Source: Leucoraja ocellata (lineage: Eukaryota). From it: a DNA stretch of 64,000 nucleotides. Location: contig JAWMAR010000030.1 of the NCBI GenBank assembly GCA_036785375.1, forward strand, positions 7,254,001-7,318,000, in the 5' to 3' direction. The notes below the pieces were generated by a model. The model did no database searches, had not been told where the DNA came from, and was given only the letters and a program-made list of their open reading frames with translations. Every line of letters begins with the position of its first letter. Position 1 is the stretch's first letter. Shown here one piece after another: positions 50,656 to 62,123 of this stretch. A program made the translations under genes and the position numbers.

Positions 50656-51292
50656 ATGACGTGGCTTCATTAACAAAGCAGAAAATGTATTTTTGCAAAA
50701 AATATTTTTTTGTCAATCTCTCAACCTGAGACAATTCTTGAATCAAAACTGACTTTCTGAATTCAACAGCACCATTTATTGGCATCACTTGTGTATAATG
50801 GTCAAATTGGATTTTTTTTTTCATATTTATATATTTTGGAAATTTTCCCATTAATGTATTTTATGCCTATTAATATTTCTAAGAATATCCGTAATGGGTG
50901 CAATTAGCAACAACGTGTCAAGATAATTCATTCTTCTGCAGTATAATTCATTGTATTGCTGAATTCTACCACAATGTTTTAAAAACTAGCTCCAGTTTCT
51001 GAAACAATTGGCATTGGGTGTAACTCCAACTGAACATTTCTCAATCTCATGCTCCAGTTTGGCTGATTTCATTGTCCTGATAGTAACAGATCAACTAAAC
51101 ACAGATCACATAGAAACATAGAAACATAGAAAAATGACATCTGGGAGAGTGAGCATAAGAGTTCATTTTCCAACCAAAATTTAAGCATGAGGTAATGATT
51201 CATTTATTTCATGTGAAGGAGATTTTTTTTAAATAGTGAAAAATAATGAGTTTAGCATCAAATCACAGATCCTTTTACTCGGATTATTCCAG

Positions 51293-51444
51293 GTGCGGAA
51301 GCGAGGGAAAGCTTGTAGAGGTGGGCTACGTGAGAATGATACCCTCCTGACCATCAATGGAAGATCTTGCAGTGGAATTTCACATGCAGATGCAATGAAC
51401 ATCATAGACTCTTCAGACGGGACTCTGCGCATCTGGGTCAAGAG
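51293..51444 (+). CDS. SYNPO2L: SYNPO2L exon 2, PDZ C-half (VRKRGKACRGGLRENDTLLTINGRSC...IWVKR)
   Basis: ttccag acceptor, AG|gtacta donor, 152 nt, phase 0->2. Completes the PDZ domain. Confidence 0.95.
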
Positions 51445-52212
51445 GTACTAAACACGGACGGTGCAAAATGCAATCACTTGAGTTCCTTTATTTAAGCAGT
51501 TTATCATTCCTTAGATTTTTAAATGTTTGGCAAACCCAGTTAAGGTTCAATGATAAAGGAATATGATAGAGTGCAGAAATGTTATTCCATCTGTTTGGAA
51601 TTCCAGGGTCCCTCAACACTGCATGTGGTGAAATATTACCCATAGATTCTGTTCTTGATTATTGTTCCAGGCATGTCAACCTAGTTACGTACTGAAATGA
51701 AGGTGTGATGAACATCATGTTTATTACACTTCCAGGCCAAGTTCTCCAGGGTGGAATAACTGCAACTAGCAGAAAGTTCAACCCTTCTGGTGTTAGGGGA
51801 CGCTTTAGTGGGAATATGTCATGAAGTGCATTCAAGGGTGAGATATATTAAGGATGTATAGGTAATCAGGCAGGGGAGGATATGCTCAGATGCGACTGGA
51901 CGGGGTTATATAATCACCTTCTGCCTCTATGTTCTTTAAAACGCCCAACACGCCCTCGTCCCCTCCCCACAACCTCAGCATCTACAAAGCCCCATGCGGT
52001 TTAAAAGTTTATCTCTGTAACTTGGCTGAAGGGACTGAGAGAGAGTGACTTCGCACACTTGATATTTGAACCCATGACGGGCGTTCTTACCCACTGATTC
52101 CAGGCCAGCCACTGCCAGCCACTGAGATGCCACTAATCCAGGAGGGTGCTAGTCTATCCCGGGTTCAATTGTTCCATCGCTTCTGATCCCAGTAACTTGA
52201 ATCCTCTTCTAG

Positions 52213-53405
52213 GATTTCGTGCAGCCCGGCAACTGGCAGCTTTCAATCTGAGACCAGCCCGGCCACCGCCCCCTGTGAACGGAGCCAAGAAACTTCAAAA
52301 GTCCCCGGGCTAATGCGGGAGCCCCCCAGTGTGAAGGCAGAGGCATCCCGCGGCACCAGCGGGCTCCGTGGCCAGCCGGAGTGCTACACATCGCCCCCGG
52401 ACAGCGAGGCGTATTACGGTGAGACCGACAGCGACGCGGATCACACGGCCAGCGAGAGGCAGCGGAGGCAGAAGAAGCGCTGGCCGGGTCCCAGAGCGCC
52501 AGTGCGGGGATCGGCCGACGAGACGTCGGAGCAGAGCGAGTACGACAGCGCCCCGGAGCCGGTGTGGAGCGACTGCCGCTCCCCTCTGAGTCCCCTGTCG
52601 CCGGAACCCACAGCATCCGCCTGTCTGGATCATCCCAGCCTCGCCCAAGGGGCAATCCCGAGGATGTTTCAGCCCAGGAAGGTGGAAGCCAAGATTAATA
52701 TCTGGCAGCCCAAAGTGGAGATGGCTACTTACCCCAAGCCTGGTCTCGCCCACACTATCCTCACCCCCAGCAGCCACACTCAGCCCACTCCCCGTTACCC
52801 TACCACCAACCCCAGCTACCACAACTACCACCCCACCTACCCCATCACCAACCCCACCTACCCCAACACCACCTACCCCATCACCAAACTCACCACCAAC
52901 CCCACCTACCCCAACACCAACCCTACCTACCCCAACACCAACCCTACCTACCCCATCACCAACCCCACCTACCCCAACACCAACCCTACCTACCCCAACA
53001 CCAACCCCACCTACCCCAACACCACCTACCCCAACACCAACCCTACCTACCCCAACACCAACCCCACCTACCCCAACACCAACCCCACCTACCCCAACTC
53101 CAACCCCACCTACCCCAACACCAACCCCAACACCAACCCCGCCTATGCCAACACCTGGTCTGCCCAGTCCAGCGGCGAAGATGTCCCTCTGCGACAGGGG
53201 ATCCTGGGCACGTCGGAAACTGACAGCGGCTTCCAGGAGGTACACGCCCAGGCCGGCTCACCTGAGCAGAAGCTGCTGCCGACCGCCAGCCTGCCCAGCA
53301 TGCCCAGCCTGAGGGATACACAGCTGGTGCCCATGGTGGGCCCAGTGACCAACCCCGTGGACGAGTTGCTAACCACCACCTACAAAGAGAAGGCCAAGCA
53401 AGCCA
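52213..53405 (+). CDS. SYNPO2L: SYNPO2L exon 3 (SPPDSEAYYGETDSDAD...TDSGFQE...TTYKEKAKQA)
   Basis: cttctag acceptor, gtaagt donor, 1193 nt, phase 2->1, open frame. SPPDSEAYYGETDSD is diagnostic of SYNPO2L. Confidence 0.93.
52796..53155 (+). repeat. Coding minisatellite, 21-nt unit AACCCCACCTACCCCAACACC = (NPTYPNT)n
   Basis: Read directly within exon 3: 11 NPTY plus one NPSY and one NPAY. Confidence 0.95.
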
Positions 53406-54793
53406 GTAAGTTTTTTTAGTTACCTTCTAAGATAGTCTCAAATAATTTTAAACCTAAAGTCCTCCGATGCTCTGGGCTTTTCTGATGTGTTCAATGTGCT
53501 GCTATTAAGTGGAACATGAGAGGTTTAGAGGATATGAGGTCAACTCTCTGAAAAGCACGTCAGTTGCTGTCTGTTACTTGATACTCTGTGTGATCTTATG
53601 GTCAAGACTTGAAAACAGTTGTTTAAACATACCCATGAAAGCGCCGTGTATTTATATATATATATATTTCTAATTTACTACAATAGTGCTATCCTTTAAA
53701 CCTTTCGAATAAAACAACATTCTATTATTTGATGAAGAAAAATGTATTACTTTGGGATAATTATAGGGTGGGATCAATGCAAGTGTTCAGGTAAATACAG
53801 ATTCCACTGTATTGGTGTGACAATGGTTTAATATAGCAACCCTTGTCAATGAGATTTCTAGGTAGAGACCAGAAAACTTTGGAAGTAAGATTTGGTGACT
53901 GCAAGTCACTGGCGATAAGAACAATAAAGTAGGGCTTTATAGGGAGTTTTAGATTGCTAGATTGTGATGGCTGCAAGATCTGTAGGGATGGTGGGAAAGG
54001 GAATGAGAGTGCGTGGTGTCAGAAAATCCAAGGTTGGGCTCAGGAAATTGAGGCTTTAGTAAGGGTGGCAGCGGTTATGGGGTGAAGGCAGGAGAATGGG
54101 GTTGAGAGGGAAAGACAGGTCAGCCACGATTGAATGGCGGCATAATCGTGATGGGCCGAATGGATTAATTTGCTCCTAGAACTCATGAAGATTTGAGGAA
54201 GTTGCTTCTAGTATTGAAATGCCATTGAAGAGAGTCGAGGATAAAGAGGATTTTTTTTTTGTGTCTAACATTCATGAATTGCTGACACTAATGACCTATT
54301 TAAACTCCAGCATTTAAAATTAAACATGCCTTAAATTATATATGGAGACAAGAATTATCCTCTTAATATTGCTTACTGCCACACTTTGCAGCCAACGTCT
54401 TTTTTTCCACTGGGGCCAATTTATAGATCTAAAGTATATTCATCTTTTGACCATGTTTACTTGACTTTTGAAACAATGTTTTCTTGCTTATCCCACAGTT
54501 ATGAGTATGAAAAGTATTTTAATGACATCACTGCCTGACACGTTGACACATTTCATTCTTGTGTCAATCGCCACAATTTTCTTTTAGCTTTACTTGTCTG
54601 AAAAAAATCTCTTGAAGGCCGGTTTGAGCGCAGACAGATGCTTAAACCCATCACGCAACTAGTTGGTATGTAATGGGTAAAAATAGTCAAACGGACAGAA
54701 GTTCTTAACCGTCCTTTTGTCTGGTCTGACAAGGGGAGTAAAAGGCGATAAGAGAGCTTGGCAGACTTAAGAGTCTTGGGCTCACTCCAGTTT

Positions 54794-54917
54794 ATGAGTG
54801 ATTACAGTGTCTATATGGAACTGAGGACACAAAGTAATACTCCAAAGATTATCAGAATGCAGAGATCACAAACTGAAGAACCAGAAAAGAAAACCAGCAA
54901 GCATCAAGTTTATGCAG
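54794..54917 (+). CDS. SYNPO2L: Alternative first coding exon of the PDZ-less short SYNPO2L isoform (CHAPb-like; MSDYSVYMELRTQ...KHQVYA)
   Basis: In-frame ATGs at 54794 and 54815 after an upstream in-frame stop. CAG|gtattt phase-1 donor joins the last exon as ..VYA-ELHRSES, like mammalian isoform b ..FYA-ELQRAES (from memory). Confidence 0.75.
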
Positions 54918-56932
54918 GTATTTGAATGTGTGCATACTTTTAAAGTTGTAAAGCTAATTTTACTGTGAATGGTCTACAATTAATTTTTGTTCTATCCTTA
55001 AAAGTCTTACAATTGAAATTAGTTTCATGCCTGTAACCCAAGGTAAGATGGAAGGTCAACATTTCAGCACCAAATTATTTTATTCAATGTGTTTTAAATA
55101 TTTACTGCAAGAGTATGGAGATTTCAGTTTACTCCTTACCACAGAAACAAATACTCAAAAGGTTGTTAGCCGTGGTATATCTTATACAGTTAAAAATTAT
55201 AGATGTACAGTTTCAAAACTACCAATGGTGCCAAAGACGTTTGCTCTGCAAATCATCACTTTGTGACTGCAACTATTTACTCAGCTAGACTCTGGTGGTG
55301 TAGGTTTTTCTTTGAGAACGTAAAGAAATGATCTGGCTTTATTTTTCAACCCTAGGCACGTTATTGATAGTGAACAGTGACATTTTACAATGTTTCGGGT
55401 CTCTAGTGTTTACAACTGGTGGGAGAAGCGGGAGAGGACCTGTTGCTGGTGGTGGTTGTTGTAGCAAAATTAACATGAGCTCCTTAAAATTTTGAAGAGC
55501 CCTTTTTTCCCCCAGTGTTTCATGCTTTAAAATAGACTTTTTTTTGCCAAAGTGAAATTGAATTATGATAACTTCCGTGTGATTTTATGTAATTCCAGAA
55601 CTTACACTATGGTTTTCTTGAAGTGATTCACCCCTGTGTTCCTGAAACGATTTTTGCATCAGTTTTGCACAGAATGCATCAATCCCAGTCCAATGCCCCT
55701 TTTGGAACATTAAAGGGAAAATTGGACTAAATTGTCCTGGGAACAACTCTTGGGACAATGATGTCTTAATACTGCAGATTTTGGTTAGGACACTTTGGCC
55801 TTACAGCCACACTGCACTGATATACCCCACGTTCCAAGACCTTGGTCCGAAAGCTCTCTGATCTCCAAACTGTGTTCCCTTCCCGTTGGTCTGGGCTAAC
55901 AAAGCCAAATGCCATGAACCCCCAAAGTGGTGTCAACCCCTACACTTCAAATTGGTTTATCTTGTGCCATTTGGTGAACCCAATGATCCCATGAGATCCT
56001 ATGGTGGGGGGGGGAGGGGGTCCACTTATTCTTCCCCTCCTCTCCACTGGCCACTCACCTGATCATTACACCCCAACTCTGAGCCTCTGTCCTCTTTTTG
56101 CCAACCACTTCTACCGTTCCCTGATTTTTGCAGAATCCCTTCCTGGTCCCATTCCTTGCCTTGACCCCTGGCCCGGAACAGGCTCAATTCCAGGTGATAT
56201 CTAGTTACAAAATCCTACCACACCCAACCATCTAGCATATCCATCTCGGTGCAATAAAATTTCCAACTGGCAGTTTTTATTGGTCAGGTTTCCATTTCAC
56301 TACCATTCATGATAAACGAAATCTTCTATTGCAGTACATATATATTAATATTTTTCTCTTCCAGGAGGGGTCCGGCACCTCAAATAAGCTCATCTCTTGA
56401 ATTGGCTTAAATATTCAATCGATGCATTTGAGCAGACTCCATGCATGTTCTTATAGCTTTTTATACCAGTGTTATAGAAAGAGCAACTCATTAGCTGGTC
56501 AAAAAGAAACATTTAATAGAAATGATCAAAATGAAATCAGTTGAACCGAAAGCAAATGGGTATGTTTCAATATCCCAGTCATATGTCAATAGTTAATAAA
56601 TGCAATTGTTTTTCCCAAACACGTCAGCACTTAACACATCGATACAATGTGCAATTCATTGAGGCTGGAATGTTACCCTTTCTCACAGAATAAATTGAGA
56701 TTACCTCATAGAAGGTCAGCTGGAAAAATAACAGCAACATTTTAACACATCGATCAGAAATGTGTTTTGGGGATACTTCCAATAAACCTGCGGTGTAATG
56801 ATTTTTCCTCGATCATCTGAAGATTCATTAATGTTAGCCTCCAGTCTGTCAACATTCTTCTGCAATTTTGGTCATGGGTTTTTTTTACATCTGGGCAGCA
56901 TTTACTGCCCATCCTTCATTGGCCTGGAGAAA

Positions 56933-57510
56933 GGTGAGACCACACCTGGAGTATTGCGTACAGTTTTGGTCTCCAAATCTGAGGAAGGACATTATTGCCA
57001 TAGAGGGAGTGCAGAGACGGTTCACCAGACTGATTCCTGGGATGTCAGGACTGTCTTATGAAGAAAGACTGGATAGACTTGGTTTATACTCTCTAGAATT
57101 TAGAAGATTGAGAGGGGATCTTATAGAAACTTACAAAATTCTTAAGGGGTTGGACAGGCTAGATGCAGGAAGATTGTTCCCGATGTTGGGGAAGTCCAGG
57201 ACCAGGGGTCACAGCTTAAGGATAAAGGGGAAATCCTTTAAAACCGAGATGAGAAGAACTTTTTTCACACAGAGAGTGGTGAATCTCTGGAACTCTCTGC
57301 CACAGAGGGTAGTTGAGGCCAGTTCATTGGCTATATTTAAGAGGGAGTTAGATGTGGTCCTTGTGGCTAAGGGGATCAGGGGGTATGGAGAGAAGGCAGG
57401 TACGGGATACTGAGTTGGATGATCAGCCATGATCATATTGAATGGCGGTGCAGGCTCGAAGGGCCGAATGGCCTACTCCTGCACCTAATTTCTATGTTTC
57501 TATGTTTCTA
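56933..57510 (+). mobile_element. Young CR1/HER1-type LINE 3' fragment
   Basis: Uninterrupted ORF2 C-terminus VRPHLEYCVQFWSP...GYGEKAGTGY*, 3'UTR and (tttctatg)n tail. Confidence 0.92.
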
Positions 57511-57591
57511 AGAGATGATGAGTCACTTTCTTCATTCACTGTTATCTTTCTTGTGAATGCTGCTGAGTCCCTGATAGTATTTACCTTCTTG

Positions 57592-57877
57592 AATAGACAA
57601 TAGACAATAGGTGCAGGAGTAGGCCATTTGACCCTTCGAGCCAGCACCGCGATTCAATGTGATCATGGCTGATCATCCCCAATCAGTACCCCATTCCTGC
57701 CTTCTCACCATATCCCTGACTCTGCTATTTTAAAGAGCCCTATCTAGCTCTCTCTTGAAAGCATCCAGAGAATCTGCCACCACCGCCCTCTGAGGCAGAG
57801 AATTCCACACTCACCACTCTCTGTGAGAAAAAGTGTTTCCTCCTCTCCGTTCTAAATGAATTACTCCTTATTCTTAA
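57592..57877 (-). mobile_element. CR1-type LINE 3' fragment, sister subfamily, tail-to-tail with previous copy
   Basis: Reverse complement aligns with ~57230-57495; (tattgtc)n tail. Confidence 0.85.
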
Positions 57878-59984
57878 TGTTGCTGGAGTTGTGTTCATTC
57901 ACCTGCCTTGCACTTTGTCAATGGTAGAAAAGTGTTGAGGTGTTAGTGAGTCACCCACTGATAATACATAGCTTTGGATCTGCTTTTGTAGTCGCCATCC
58001 TGAAGTGGCTGATCCAGTTCAGTGAAGACACAAGGAACTGCCAATACTGGTTTACAAAATAAAAGGACACAAAGTGTGAAGAAGGCCTTGACCCGAAACA
58101 TCAACTATCCATGTTCGCCAGAGTCCATGTCTGACCACTGAGTTACTCCAGCACTTATTTTTTGTTTTGTTTTTTTTGGTCCAGTTTATTTCCTGACTAA
58201 TGCTGACCACCAGAAAGTAGATGACGAGGAACTCAGAAATAGTAATTCTGTTGAATATCAAGAAGTGGTTAAACACTCTCTTGCTGGAGATGACCATTGC
58301 CTGACACTCCTGTGGTACAAATGTTACCTGCTACTTATTAGCGCATGCTGAATGTTTTCCAGCTGTGTTTCAAGCATGGAGGGATAGATTGTTCGTCTTT
58401 TTTGCTGAGGAGTTCTGAACGGTATTAAACAGTCCCGCGGTTTCTTGTAATGAAAGGGTGGTCACTGATGGAGCTGCTGAAGATGGCTGGGTCTTGGACT
58501 CTCTTCTCGGGAACTCCAGCAGTACTCTCCTGGGGCTGAGATGATTGACCCCCAACAGCCACAACCATCTTGTATGGTGCAATGCACGACATTGACAATT
58601 GAAGTGTTTCCCCCCCCCCCCCCCCCTTACAGCCTATTGACTTGAGTTTTACAAAGCTTTTTGATGCCACACGTACTATCATGATGACATAGCAGTCACT
58701 CTCATCGCAATGTGAAATCAGTTCCCTGGTTCTTGTTGGGACAAAGTCTGTCATGGAGCCCAGCAATCCTGGTGAATGTGAGACGGGAGGTAAATGGAGA
58801 ATATATACCATTGGATAGCACTGTCGGCGCCTTCCATCGCTTTAGAACAAGCACCGGTCGTGAAATTTCACGTAAATATATCATGTCAGAGGTAGGTCAT
58901 CTCCAGAGCAGGAGTCTATGAATCCCCAAAGCTATTCCGCTATCTAAATGCAATTCAGAAGCATAACGTCATAATCTTTACCTGTCTAGTGTGGTTCAGT
59001 GCCAGGAATCTTGAAGAAGCTCAACACTATCCAGGACAAAACAGGTCATCATTCTGTTATCATTCCATCCACCACCCTAAGGATTCACACCCTTCAATAA
59101 CAAGTGCATCATTACTGCAAACTGTGGTCCATTGGCAAGAGTCCTTTGGAAGCATCTCCTAAACCAGAAAGTCCACCATTGGAAAGTCAAAGATAGCAGA
59201 TGACTGTAACCTGTTTAAATGTTAAGTGTTAACCCAGTTAAGTGATACCTGCATGAAGCTTTGCTGGGACAGAACAATGAAAAAGCACAGTGGAAGTACC
59301 TTCAACATATAGATTTCAGTGGTGTATAAATAAGGCAGCTCAGGGGTAATATGAGATGGGTATTTAATGCTGGTCTTATCTGTGATGCTTATATCTGGGG
59401 AATGAAAAATAAAACATACTTGCTGATTGCTCATTGTATTTTTCACAAAGTCAAGGTGAGGTCTAGTTGCTTCTTGGAAGAAGCAGAACTACAGGCAGGG
59501 GGTATTTTCACTGAAGGAATTCAGTCCCCACCTCTAAGGTATCCTTTCCGACTTCAGACGAATTATTCTCGATTTATCCTGTTGCAGTTTTATCTTCCTG
59601 CCACTGATGTACTGCGGTGTCCCCAGTGGTGAACTGTGGAATAACAGACCGATGAGGTTCTAATCAACAATTTCCTTTCTAATAAAAGTAACGTAATTTA
59701 TATTGGGAAAGTTCACAGGCCACTCCTGGAGATGGGAGATTGTGAATCTGGAAAATATACTTGTAAACACCCTGCCTCTGGCATAATTCCATCAGACTTA
59801 AGTTCTCATCCCTCAGAGTACCACAGGAGCAGATTCCACAGGTTCTCAGTCTGACATGTTCACCCTTTACACCACAAGATGATCAATCTTCAATATGTGA
59901 TTTGCCCCTTTACATCAATTCACCAGCACTGTGCCTAACCCGTGCCTTAGAAGGAACAGACAAGGTCAAACAAGGGAGGTACAA

Positions 59985-60200
59985 GAGACTATAGATGCTG
60001 GAATCTGCAGCAAAAAGCAAATTGCTGGAGGAATTCATCGGGGTGGGCAGCATCCGTAGAAAGAAGTGAATTGTCGATGTTTTGGGTCAAGCTTTTCCTT
60101 CAGGAGTGAGAGTCTCAATTACTTTCCCTTCTCAGAAACGTCGACCATTCCCTTCTCACCACAGATACTGCTCAACCCGTTGAGTCTCTCCAGCAGTTTA
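59985..60200. repeat. Degenerate fold-back Penelope pLTR-type repeat
   Basis: ttgctggaggaattcatcgggg...gcagcatc / gatactgctcaacccgttgagtctctccagcag inverted arms. Confidence 0.55.
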
Positions 60201-60439
60201 TGTGCTTGAGGTCACGCAGTCGATGTGCTTCTGATCTCGTCTGAGCTTTAGTGCACAATTTGGCCAGAGCAGCAGGGTTTTTAATCTTACATCTTGGGAA
60301 CTATCTTTGCTCAGCTGCTCAAAGACACATAGGGCAATCAGCTTTCCATTTCTTTGCCAATCCTACTCAGCCTCTGTGAGGAGATCATTTAATGCAGCTG
60401 GCATCATTGATTTGCCTGATCTGCTTGTATTTCCTCAGC

Positions 60440-60765
60440 CACAGTGGTGTAGTTAGCAGCGTCGATGTCTTACAGTGCTAGAGACCCAAGTTCATCCTGT
60501 CCTCAGGTACTGTCTGAGGGGAGCTTGCATGTTCTCTCTGTGAATGCATAGGTTTTCTTCAAGTGCTCCAGTTTCCTCCTATGTTCTAGACAGGCAGGGT
60601 GGAAATTGGGCACAGGAAATTGCCCCTTGTGATAGATTCTGATAAGAATTTGGGGAGAATAAATACAATTTATTAACGTAGTTTATGTGTAAAAAGGTTG
60701 CTGATGACCAACAAGGAACTCAGTGGACCGAAGAACCTGTTTCTATGCTGCATTCTCTGTGACTC
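60440..60765 (+). mobile_element. Old V-SINE copy
   Basis: Degenerate A/B boxes; gagcttgcatgttctc...gtgctccagtttcctcc V-domain; ggaccgaagaacctgtttctatgctg tail. Confidence 0.7.
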
Positions 60766-62123
60766 AGATCACAGAATGCAGATACACTGTTGAGTTTCTC
60801 AGGGTTTCGAGGTGGTCTTTTAATTTTCAAAGAATGTGTTAAAGCATTTCATTGTGAAGATGACATCAGTAGTGTGATAAAGATTTTGCCCATGGGTTGT
60901 TGAAATAAATATTTTATGTATTAATGCCAGCAATTTAAATAATTAATCTTGGTGTTGCTAAACACACGGTGATGGAGAATTAAGTTACTCCTGTGTATAG
61001 TTACAGTATACCCTCCTGGTTCAGGTATGGTTTGTGTTAGTAATGACATTGTCAGCTCATACCCCAGTATCAATGCAGCTTCTGAGGAAGGCAGCCATCA
61101 AGGATTTGGGTCCTTTACCATTGGGATAACCCATAGTTGATTGAGATGAGCTTGTGAAATGTAATCCCATTTTAAATTGGGATATACTGCAGCCACTTTG
61201 TGCTCAACAAGGGATCACCAACATAATAACCAGGTAATCCACGTAAGTGAAATAGAAAACGCTAGAGTTCTGATGAATTGTCTCCAACCTGAAATATTAA
61301 CTCTGTTTCTCTCTCTCTTCAGATACTGCCTGACCTGCTGAGTATCTCCAACATTTTCTGTTTACATTTAAATTTATTCAGCATTTTGAGTTTCTATTTT
61401 TTTTTTTTTTTACTGGTATTATTTGGGTGATCAATATTGCCCTGGGCACCAGGGAGAATGCCATGTCCCTTTTTCTATGACCACCTGAGAGGGAGAAGGT
61501 TTATGACCTTCCCTGAAATTCTGCAACAGGGCCGTATCCTTGTGAAGAACCAGTGTAGTTTTTAAAACTTTTTTGACTTTGATTTTGGGGTGGTATTTGT
61601 ACCCAGAATCTGACTCAGACAGCACCAGCTCACTGAGAGTTAATGTCAGGCAGCAGAATCGTGGGAATCTCCATACTGTCTTACGCTATTACTTTGTTCC
61701 CCTCTGATGGTAAATCTCCATAAGGGCAGAAGATTCAATCCTCGACACTTCTTTTCAGATTCAGATTCAATTTTAATTGTCATTGTCATTCCACAGTCCT
61801 GGACCGAGATACTGTCCAACACTTCACAAACTGAGATTATATTTAAAATATGCATTTTGTTTAAAACAGATCTGATTACTTTCATCACTTCTCAGTTAAT
61901 ATCTTCCATATCACTTTCCATTTGTGATTAAAACCAATGCAGGATAACATGAAGAATATGTGAGGGATTGTTGTTGTTTTGAACAAGGCTGATTAAGGAA
62001 AATACCCTTTGGTGCTGCGGGATTATTTTGTTACACTTGGAATCTCGGATGTGTAATTCTCTTGTGTTCACAGTAATGTTTCAGAAGCTTGTTAGTTTAT
62101 TCCTTTGTGTTCTGACATTGCAG

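Noticed and set aside
52310-53245. 311-aa Gly/Val-rich minus-strand ORF
   Set aside because: Antisense shadow of the NPTY minisatellite in SYNPO2L exon 3.
56868-57413. 181-aa ORF as a host gene
   Set aside because: CR1 ORF2 C-terminus.
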